Assembly: GCA_030390025.1 (NCBI GenBank)
Contig: CM059427.1
Span: forward strand, 188,170,001 to 188,234,000
Origin: Squalus acanthias
Lineage: Eukaryota
Direction of reading: 5' to 3'
DNA: 64,000 nucleotides
This document shows, in pieces, positions 22,201 to 29,120 of this stretch. The first letter of the stretch is position 1, and the number at the start of each line of letters is the position of its first letter. A model generated the notes under the pieces. That model was not told the origin of the DNA. It saw only the letters and a program-made list of their open reading frames with translations, and did no database searches. Position numbers and translations under genes: made by a program.

Positions 22201-24515
22201 CCCTTAATATACTTATAAAACACTTTGGGATTTTCCTTTATTTTGCCCGCCACTGGTTTTTCATGCCCCCTCTTCGCTCTCCTAATTTCTTTTTTAAGTA
22301 CCCCCCTGCACTTTCTATACTCCTCTAGGGCTTCCACTGTTTTTAGTCCTTTGTATCTGCCAAAAGCCTCCCTTTTTTTCCTAATCCATTCTTGTATATC
22401 CCTTGACATCCAGGGTTCCCTGGGTTTGTAGGTCCCACCCTTGACCTTTACGGGAACATGTTGGCGTTGTACTCTCTCTATTTCCTTTCTGAAAGACTCC
22501 CACTGCTCTGATGTGGATTTTTCTACAAGTAGCTGATCCCAGTCCACTTTGGCCAGATCCTACCTTATCATATTAAAATCAGCCTTCCCCCAATTTAGAA
22601 CCTTTATTTCCAGTCCATCTTTGTCTTTTTCCATGACTAACTTAAATCTCACCGAATTATGGTCTCTGTCACCAAAATGCTCTCCTACTGACACTTCTAC
22701 CACTTGCCCGGCTATATTCCCTAGAATTAGGTCCAGTACCGCCCCCTCTCTTGTCGGACTTTCTACATGCTGGCTGAAAAAGCTCTCCTGGATGCAGTTA
22801 AAGAATTCCGCATTCCTCGAAGCCTTTCACACTTTGACTATCCCAGTTAATATTGGGGAAGTTGAAATTCCCTACTATTATTACCCTATTATTTCGACAT
22901 CTCTCTGAGATTTTCCTACATATCTGTTCCTCTATCACCCCCTGACTGTTTGGGGGCCTATAGTACACTCCCAGCAAAGTGCTTGCCCCCTTTTTGTGTT
23001 TAACTCCTACCCATATGGCTTCATTAGAGGAACCTGCTAAGATATCATCCCTCCTTACAGCAGTAATTGACTCAATGATTAATATTGCGACAACCCCCTC
23101 CTCTTTTACACCCACCTCTGTCTCGCCTGAAGATTCTATACCCCAGAATATTGAGCTGCCAGTCCTGCCCCTCCCTCAACCATGTCTCTGTGATAGCAAC
23201 AATATCATACTCCCATGTGTTCATCAACACCTTCAATTCATCTACCTTACTCGCAAGACTCCTTGCATTCAAATAAATGCCATCCAGCCTTGCCATACTC
23301 CCTTGTGCCGTTACATATTTGCTCTGCCTTCCAGGCTGACTTGTTTTTTCCTCTATATTTGGCTGTGCATCACCCCCTACTATAGCTCCACTCCGTATCC
23401 AATCCTCCTGCCAAGTTAGTTTAACCCCCCCGCCAACAGTACTAGCAAACCTCCCCGCAAGGATATTGGTCCCGTTCCGGTTCAGCTGCACCCCATCCGA
23501 CTTGTACAGGTCCCACCTTCCCCAGAAGCAGACGCAGTGATCCAGGAAACTAAAGCCCTCCCCCCAGCACCAATTCTTTAGCCACGCATTCATCTGCTCT
23601 ATCCTCCTATTGCTATACACACTAGCACGTGGCACCGGGAGTAATCCAAAGATTACAACCTTTGAGGTCCTGCTTTTTAATCTGCTACCTAGCTCCATAA
23701 ATTCTTGCTGCAGGACCTCATCCCTCTTTCTGCCCATGTCGTTGGTACCAATGTGAACCATGACCTCTGACTGTTCGCCCTCCACCTTCAGAATGCCCTG
23801 CAGCTGTTCAGTGACATTCACTCCCTTTTCATTCACTCAGAGCTTGTCACTTTAATTCAAAACCATTGCACCACAAGAATCTGTTGAAAATAGTCAAATC
23901 CAGACACGTAAATTGTGACAAAAAGAACACAACGTGGACTTGGTCTTGATGGAAATATTTGGCGCTCTGGTTCCCAGTGTTTAAAGCAGAATGTTTTCAC
24001 TTTCCACATCTTTTATAGAATGACTGGCAGGAGTATTTAAATATTAAACGAGATGGAGAGTGAAACTAAAATCTCAACTTTGTCCTTCACAGCGAGACCA
24101 CTTCCGGAGATTTGGATCATCACAGTTTCGGGCTACTTGTTGGTTAAACTGGGCGTTGCTGTTGGACTAATTTGCTGCTTGAAGAGGATGACCAGAGTAA
24201 GAATTTCTTTAAGCTTTCCAGTAAATCAGGAATTAGTGCCGAGCTGTCACTTGACACTGAGAAAACTGATGTTTGTTGAACAGATATTATGTGGTCACAA
24301 ACTGTATTTTAAAATTTAATTAAAATATTGTACATTGTACTGAATTTAAAGAAACCATCAGTTAAAGGAAGCAATTGTTCCAAATTTGGTGAAATCTTAG
24401 AGCTTTGAATATTTTTCCTGGTTCAAACGGCAATAACTTCCCTGCTCCCACTTTCCATCAGACTCTGAGGAAGGAATCAGGGCGATCTCGGAGGGCCATA
24501 CCTGATTATCAATGA
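1020..24515 (+). CDS. Gene A: spliced CD4/LAG-3-like multi-Ig type I membrane receptor, 5'-partial. Exons 1020-1289, 4168-4509, 4588-4857, 10150-10494, 12593-12865, 13880-14218, 15269-15538, 24093-24196 (TM), 24462-24515 (tail; alternative 26210-26317)
   Basis: All seven Ig exons have pyrimidine-tract AG acceptors and GT donors, phase-1 junctions on both sides, lengths divisible by 3 (270, 342, 270, 345, 273, 339, 270) and no stops. The TM exon ends in phase 0. Leader and D1 are predicted upstream of base 1 by collinearity with gene B. Confidence 0.85.
1723..1950 (+). pseudogene. Relic 3' third of a C2 (D2/D6-type) exon plus donor and intron start; also at about 56688-56915
   Basis: tgtgaagtgtagaaaaaagactctgttatt...gtgtggatcagggtaaggccagaactaccttacagta aligns with the D6 exon end and intron at 12790-13015; in-frame stop. 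Confidence 0.65.
2169..3660. mobile_element. Internally deleted PIF/Harbinger derivative (paralogous copy 57134-60249)
   Basis: Starts with TIR-like GGCCGGAATTTT; carries the transposase 5' region (+) and Myb/SANT exon remnants (-) homologous to 5169-9252. Confidence 0.75.
3731..4011 (-). mobile_element. Short Penelope-type insert with 13-bp TSD and decayed hammerhead-like core
   Basis: CAATTTTTAAACA at 3718-3730 and 4012-4024; absent from the gene B copy; minus strand reads CAGACGA-A-GGAGC-AGC-GCTCC-GAAA. Confidence 0.6.
4168..4509 (+). CDS. Gene A Ig domain D3 exon (V-type)
   Basis: attgcag|ATTTATAT ... GTTAAAG|gtagga; [28 protein letters not shown] (V-set DxGxYxC). Confidence 0.9.
4588..4857 (+). 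CDS. Gene A Ig domain D4 exon (C2-type, WxC motif)
   Basis: tccgcag|TCACAGCT ... CCCAGTG|gtaagt after a 78-bp intron; [19 protein letters not shown]. Confidence 0.9.
5715..6839 (+). pseudogene. Harbinger DDE transposase (HARBI1-like), frameshifted and deleted in the C-terminal half
   Basis: [18 protein letters not shown] (catalytic D lost), [18 protein letters not shown], acidic tail. Confidence 0.85.
7162..8961 (-). pseudogene. Harbinger Myb/SANT-like DNA-binding protein gene (spliced, degraded)
   Basis: [37 protein letters not shown]; basic C-terminus. Confidence 0.8.
10150..10494 (+). CDS. Gene A Ig domain D5 exon (V-like, no cysteines; paralogous to D1)
   Basis: ttcttgcag|GAAGCCAG ... 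ATCAAAG|gtaagt; [30 protein letters not shown]; clearly homologous to 54108-54448. Confidence 0.85.
10760..11320 (-). mobile_element. Degenerate LINE (L2/CR1-class) RT fragment with internal ~170-bp tandem duplication
   Basis: [18 protein letters not shown]; 10820-11000 is repeated at 11150-11325. Confidence 0.55.
11322..11777 (+). mobile_element. CR1 LINE 3' fragment
   Basis: Degenerate RGDL..FKI..FFTQRVV ORF2 end plus 3'UTR and ATTCTAT tail. Confidence 0.8.
11778..12372. mobile_element. Non-autonomous TIR element (Harbinger-type MITE) inserted in a CR1 tail
   Basis: GGCCTGAAATTT ... GATTTCTAGGCC termini; CpG-rich interior; CR1 attctat tail resumes after it. Confidence 0.55.
12593..12865 (+). 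CDS. Gene A Ig domain D6 exon (C2-type; paralogous to D2; F-strand Cys replaced by Trp)
   Basis: gtttttacag|TTGAGACA ... GATCAGA|gtaagt; [22 protein letters not shown]. Confidence 0.88.
13880..14218 (+). CDS. Gene A Ig domain D7 exon (V-type; paralogous to D3)
   Basis: tatttcag|ATTTACGC ... GTTAAAG|gtagga; [18 protein letters not shown]. Confidence 0.9.
14260..15231. mobile_element. 972-bp non-autonomous TIR element in the D7-D8 intron
   Basis: GAGTTTCCAC ... GTGGAAACTC termini; the empty 78-bp intron is visible in paralogous introns 4510-4587 and 60803-60880. Confidence 0.85.
14821..15055 (+). repeat. 18-bp minisatellite, about 13 copies, GTGGGC(GGGGCT/AGGGCC/ATGACC)AGTTTT
   Basis: Directly visible; contains GGGCGGGG GC-boxes. 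Confidence 0.95.
15269..15538 (+). CDS. Gene A Ig domain D8 exon (C2-type, WxC; paralogous to D4)
   Basis: ttccacag|TCACAGCT ... CCCAGTG|gtaagt; 83 of 90 aa identical to D4. Confidence 0.9.
15690..16410 (+). mobile_element. Degenerate LINE 3' fragment (paralogous copy about 61300-62020)
   Basis: [28 protein letters not shown]-like RT C-terminus and gggcaataaatgctgg tail. Confidence 0.7.
18170..20316 (+). mobile_element. 5'-truncated young CR1 LINE
   Basis: Uninterrupted 670-aa ORF2 fragment, 3'UTR and (TATGTATC)n tail. Confidence 0.95.
18204..20216 (+). CDS. CR1 ORF2 reverse transcriptase (N-terminally truncated, no endonuclease)
   Basis: [52 protein letters not shown]. Confidence 0.9.
   Translation: MIKLQNLFIPIWHKRKSKKVTQPWITGEIRESIKSKDRAYKIAKKSARAEDWEQFKIEQRKTKGLIKRGKIAYESKLAENIKTNSKSFYKYIKRKRLVKTKVGPLQSDTGEYIMGNKEMADQLNAYFGSVFTKEDTKNLPGISGKIGTLAKEELMQINISKDMVLRKLKGLKADKSPGPDNMHPRVLKEVALEIADALSMIFQNSLDSGTVPMDWRVANVTPLFKKGGREKAGNYRPVSLTSVVGKMLESIIKDEIAEHLANGDRIGQSQHGFTKGKSCLTNLLEFFEGVTGKIDEGESVDVVYLDFQKAFDKVPHKRLAWKIEAHGIKGQVLTWIENWLSDRKQRVGINGSFSEWQAVTSGVPQGSVLGPQLFTIYINDLDQGVGCSISKFADDTKLGGGVGSEEEIRKLQSDLDRLGDWADKWQMHYNVDKCEVIHLGCRNGRANYYLNGNKLGEGEVQRDLGVLVHQSLKASMQVQQAVKKANGMLAFIAKGLEYRNRDTLLQLYRALVRPHLEYCVQFWSPHLRKDVLAMEGVQRRFTRLIPGMAGLTYEERLCSLGMYTLEFRRLRGDLIEVYKILTGLDRLDAEGMFPLAGENRTRGHNLRIRAKPFRTEMRGNFFTQRVVNLWNSLPQRAVYASSLNIFKRELDIFLQAKGVKGYGEKAGTGY
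20410..23830 (-). mobile_element. CR1 LINE with ORF1 SGNH-esterase part and frameshifted ORF2 (APE endonuclease + RT)
   Basis: [15 protein letters not shown] (SGNH); [27 protein letters not shown] (APE); SKFADD (RT); split over 6 ORFs. Confidence 0.92.
24093..24196 (+). CDS. Gene A transmembrane exon with intramembrane Lys
   Basis: tccttcacag|CGAGACCA ... ACCAGA|gtaaga; (A)[34 protein letters not shown]. Phase-1 acceptor matches D8; hydrophobic run followed by basic stop-transfer residues. Confidence 0.85.
24462..24515 (+). CDS. Gene A candidate terminal cytoplasmic exon 1 ([17 protein letters not shown])
   Basis: ctttccatcag| acceptor, phase 0 matches the TM donor, AATAAA at 24655-24660. 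Confidence 0.55.
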   Translation, partial: TLRKESGRSRRAIPDYQ

Positions 24516-24654
24516 ATGGACAATGCTCAAACTAGGAGCCCAATCTTTTAATATTTTTCACTGATTATCACAAATATTCCTCCTGGAAATTAGTAACTTG
24601 AAAGTTGTCAGAAACCAATATTTGAACAGTTAAAGCACAACTAGTAAAAATTAC

Positions 24655-24660
24655 AATAAA
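24655..24660 (+). terminator. Candidate polyadenylation signal AATAAA for gene A tail exon 1
   Basis: 140 bp after the stop; retained in the duplicated copy near 25665. Confidence 0.4.
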
Positions 24661-25059
24661 AGGAAATTACTAATGTATTCTGTGACAATTAATGAGTTTG
24701 ATCATTTTAACGTGTGCTGTTATTCTTGTTGCTGTGGCCTGGTGGCGCTAGAGAGCTGCAGTAGTGTTGGGGCCCAGAAATGAATTTGTCGCTCTGCAAA
24801 CCACTTCCTCTGTGGCAGGTTTGGTTCACCTGATTTACTCAAAGTCAAATCTCAGTCGATTCAAAAGCAAAGTTTCTGTTTCAGAGAGACCTGTCGTGTT
24901 TGTATTCAAGGAAGGAGTGTTTCAAGCCTGTGTGCTTCTGGGTGAAGCGAGGCGTTGTAGAATGGGAACTATTGGGGTGAGAGGCACAGAAATGTGGTAA
25001 CTACTGGAAAGTTTGAACTTACATGAAGGTTGTGAGGTAATCTGTATTGCTCAGGATGT

Positions 25060-25275
25060 TTACTTAGAATTACATAGAATTTACAGCACAGAAACAGGCC
25101 ATTCGGCCCAGCAGGTCTGTGTCGGTGTTTATGCTCCACATGAGCCTCCTCCCACCCTACTTCATCTCACCCTATCGACATATCCTTCTATTCCTTTCTC
25201 CCTCGTGTACTTATCCAGCTTCCCCTTAAATGAATCTGTACTATTTGCCTAAAACACTGCTTATGGTTGCGAGAT
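25060..25275 (-). mobile_element. CR1 3'-end fragment
   Basis: tagaatttacagcacagaaacaggccattcggccc tail. Confidence 0.65.
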
Positions 25276-25487
25276 CCAGCGAGGAAGGAATAGGGAAATC
25301 TCTGAGGGGCAAAACTGATCATCAATGAATGAAATAAAAACAGAAAATTAATGAACATTGCTCACACTAGCAGCCCAATATTCTAGTTTTAAATTTTTTC
25401 TTTTAATTTACTATCACAAATATTCCTCATGGAAATAGGAAATTAGTAACTTGCATGTCGTCAGAAACCAATATTATTTGAACAGAT

Positions 25488-25619
25488 ACGATAGCAAAAT
25501 ACTGCAGATGCTGGAACTGCTGTTTCCAGTTCTGATGAAAGGTCTCGACCTGAAACGTTAACTCTGTTTCTCTCTCCACGGATGCTGCCTCGCCTGCTGA
25601 GTTTTTCCAGCGTTTTCTG
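25488..25619 (+). mobile_element. 132-bp Penelope-type insert with 14-bp TSD
   Basis: TTATTTGAACAGAT at 25474-25487 and 25620-25633; empty site visible at 24619-24630. Confidence 0.8.
25528..25563 (+). ncRNA. Minimal type I hammerhead ribozyme-like motif
   Basis: AGTT-CTGATGA-A-AGGT(CTCG)ACCT-GAAA-CGTT-AACT: conserved core, stem I AGTT/AACT, stem II, palindromic ACGT stem III. Confidence 0.6.
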
Positions 25620-26209
25620 TTATTTGAACAGATGTTTGAAAATGCACAACCAGTAAAAATTACAATAAACTGAACAGTACGACTGTATTTCGTGAAAATT
25701 AATGATTATGATAAACTTTACATCAGATCACAGCTCAGGGAGGTAATAAAAGAGACAGAATCAGTAGCTTTAGTAGGAGAGCATTGTTCTGTCAGAAGCA
25801 GAGTTGTCAGTTCAAGGAGGTAACTTTACTGGTGAGGTCAGTCGACCACAGGGAGAACCTCGTCGAATTGTGGTCACACTATGGCCATGAACTTTGACCT
25901 CAATGGTGTGACCTTATTTTATATTCATACATTAATTGTAGGAAAGATCTTCCACAATATCTTCTATCAATAACTGGAGTTAGTTTAACATTTTAATCAG
26001 GTCTGTTCCTTCCAATTACTGAAGCCTTTAATTGTTGTAATTATCTCATTAACACTGAGCCAGTGATGTGTGGGTCATGGTCTGTTCTGTTCCTCATTCT
26101 GTAAAATTACTGCTCCATTCGACTTCCTCTTTATCCATCACTTCCAGTTCAGTGTTTATTATTGAAGGATAAGCTCTTTATTTAAAGCACATTTCTTGCC
26201 TCTTGTCAG

Positions 26210-26317
26210 ATATCGAACAGCGGGAATTCACCCGAGCCGACAGGAAATAAAACGAATGATTCAGAAGAAGCCGTCGCATTACAGACCCTGAACTCTGATA
26301 CTGATCTGAGATCATAG
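26210..26317 (+). CDS. Gene A candidate terminal cytoplasmic exon 2 (ISNSGNSPEPTGNKTNDSEEAVALQTLNSDTDLRS*)
   Basis: atttcttgcctcttgtcag| acceptor, open in phase 0, hydrophilic; AATAAA near 26990. Confidence 0.55.
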   Translation: MSNSGNSPEPTGNKTNDSEEAVALQTLNSDTDLRS

Positions 26318-27179
26318 AATGACTGATACAGCACAGAAGGAGGCCATTCAGCCCATCATTCTTGTGCCCATCGAGATCTGCAGTCTCTGGAAACTAGATC
26401 GACCCAACTTGGGAAACTTTAGAAATAGATTTGTGGTTTTATTCTGGAGTTATTTTGTAGTATTTTTTTATGTAACTAGTTTAGTTTATATCCTGAAGTG
26501 TACATTTCAATAGTTCCCAGTCTCAGTATCTGTTACTTTACTTTACAAGTCCTAACTTGCCAGGTCGCTGTAAGAAATTCTAATGGTGGAAAATCGTGCG
26601 GACGTTGGGCTGAATTCCTGATCTCCACTCGTGACCGGTGAGGCTCCAGGCTGGGGACACAGTTTTATAACTGTAGGGACTGATGGTGACCCAGTGCTGC
26701 AGCCGTGTGTGGAGCTTGAAGTGTTGGGACGTGGATTTGTGACTGTGGGTCCCCAATGAGTGATCTCAGCTGGACTCTCTCTGCAGAGGAGCTGAATGGA
26801 GCTGAGCTGCTACAAATGAGTAGGAATGAAACTCAGCTCAGTAAATATGGGCGTCTCCCCTGCACCTCCCAGCACCTGTTCACACAACGAGATCACGGAA
26901 TCTCCGGAGAAGGTTGTCTCCATGCTCCCACCCAGGGAATTGTTTGCAGCAGAGTGCGACTAAAAGATTAACAGAAAAGAAACAGCATGAATAAAAGTTG
27001 TGGAAAAGTAAATCTGCAAATTAAAATGAGAATGATTACAGCTTTGGGAATGTTTTATTAATTTATCCTTAACAATCAATTAAAAACCCTGATAATCAAT
27101 TGTTTGCTGATTTTACTGATAGATTGTGATGAAGAGATTGGTTCGGAATGGAATGGGAAAGTGTTTCCTTTTGTCATTG

Positions 27180-27388
27180 AATCTCTCCTGCCCTCCACCC
27201 TATCACAGACCTTCCCCTTTGTTCTTTCCTCCCCCTCTTTTCACTGTCTCTGTACTTGATTACGAAGAGTTAAATCTCTAACATCTGCCAGTTCTGTTGA
27301 AAGGTCATCGAGCTGAAACATTAACTGTGTCTCTCTCCACAGATGCTGCCTGTCCTGCTGAGTATATCCAGCATTTTCTGTTTTTATT
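27180..27388 (+). mobile_element. Penelope-type terminal repeat fragment with mutated hammerhead core (27289-27327)
   Basis: Homologous to 25488-25619; core reads CTGTTGA...GAAACATT. Confidence 0.65.
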
Positions 27389-27489
27389 CCTCTTTAGACA
27401 CGTTGCAATAATGGGGAGAGTACCTTTCCCTTTTCATTTGACTCCATTCTTTTAACCATTTATGGGAATGAATCCAAGGTAATGCATCT

Positions 27490-27835
27490 GTGTACCTGAT
27501 AAACCCCTTCGAATCCAGCACAGCTCCAGTTCTGTACCTGATAAACCCCTTGGAATCCAGCACAGCTCCAGTTCTGGACATGATAAACCCCTTCAAATCC
27601 AGCACAGCTCCAGTTCTGTACATGATAAATCCCTTTGAATCCAGCACAGTTCCAGTTCTGTATCTGATAAACCCCTTTGAATCCAGCACAGTTCCAGTTC
27701 TGTATCAGATAAACCCCTTCGAATCCAGCACAGCTCCAGTTCTGGACATGATAAACCCCTTCAAATCCAGCACAGCTCCAGTTCTGTACATGATAAACCC
27801 CTTCGAATCCAGCACAGCTCCAGTTCTGGACATGA
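27490..27835 (+). repeat. 42-bp minisatellite, about 8 copies
   Basis: TGTACCTGATAAACCCCTTCGAATCCAGCACAGCTCCAGTTC unit, head-to-tail, no spacers. Confidence 0.95.
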
Positions 27836-29120
27836 CAAGACGGCTCAGCAAAAGCCTGAGATTGTTCTGTGTGAAACTTTCAGGCCTTTGATCTGCTCCT
27901 CGATTTCATAATAAACCTGAACTCACTTCCCCAGATTCTGGGTCACAAATAGTTTATCAAAATGTACAGAATTATTACAGTGAATGAAAATGAAGTCAAG
28001 AGAGATTCCCTCAACTGAAGTGAGGTGTGATCTGGTTGCTGAGTCGTCGCCTCCTAATCCAAGTTCGGAGAGTCCCTTCTGTAAGGTTTCCAAAATTTGC
28101 AGATCCCCAAAACCTAAGGAAAAAGGACTTTGGAACTACCCCAGAGTGATAAAAATGCATTTGGACCTAACATAAGGAATTTAAGACCAAAACCAAGCTT
28201 TGGCATTTTAAAAGGACATGTCTGGACATGTGAGGGAGAAAAGGCTGCACAAGACGTGGGATCAACCTCTGTAAATAGCAGTTTTGGGTATTGTATTGTC
28301 TGGGAATCGGGATGACCTCACTCAAGCCCCAGCAAGCATTTAACATTTGGACAATAGGCCCTGGAAGAAGGCAGCCCCACCCAAAACACAGGCCTCATTA
28401 AAACCTATCGCAGACCCATCAAAACCATGCATAATTCGAAGAATTCAAGACACCTTTTGAATATCCCCAGGCCCAAACAGGATGCCAGAAGCCTGTAAAC
28501 AATAAAACATCTAGTACAGCCATTACTTCATCAAAAACCAATCAGCCAGGTATCTATAGGAACAAGATTTGGCGTGTAGATAAAGGCCCTGCCTAAATGG
28601 GAGACATCGCAAGCCATCAGGACAATTTAACACCAAGTTAAACCCATCAAAACTTAACAAGCCCGCAAAACCAAGACAATGGAATGAACAGGCCTCAACT
28701 GAAACCTAAATCACTTCAACACGAACCGATTTAGTAAGGGGTTTTGGCGCGAAAAAGACAAAGGGGTAGAAATTAGGTCGCGCCCCATTTGGGGCGCAAA
28801 TATCGTCCGGACGCAAATATTAGCGCCTGGCGCTAATTATCGGCACTGACAGGAAACTTCACTTTTACCGCCCCGGGAGGTGAGTGGAGCGCTAAAGCAG
28901 GCGCGGCACACCTGTCTTAAGGCGCAAAGGCCAAGGAGTGAGGCGCTAACTCAGCACACGAGCGCAGCGCAGCTGCTGCCAGTTAGCGAGGGAACACAGA
29001 CACACTGGCGCCGGACACTTCTTAAAGCGGGGGGGGGCCACTTGCTCCCCAGCCACACCCTGCTCATTGCAGCCTTGAATCTCAGCCTGGAGAGACCTGT
29101 AATCCATTTTGCTGCCAAGC

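Larger units (their letters stand above)
25278..25716 (+). repeat. Decayed duplicate of gene A terminal exon/3'UTR (24467-24705)
   Basis: Collinear match gaggaaggaa..ctgatcatcaatgaatg..tatcacaaatattcctc..tcagaaaccaatat..gtaaaaattacaataaa. Confidence 0.8.

Noticed and set aside
1020-26317. Calling gene A CD4 or LAG3
   Set aside because: Eight domains, multi-copy, unsplit D1 exon, charged TM, and no CxC or LAG-3-type tail motifs; relatedness is inferred only, so no symbol is given.
27490-27835. CRISPR-like array
   Set aside because: Head-to-tail units with no unique spacers, vertebrate context, no cas genes; the same applies to the 18-bp and 54-bp arrays.
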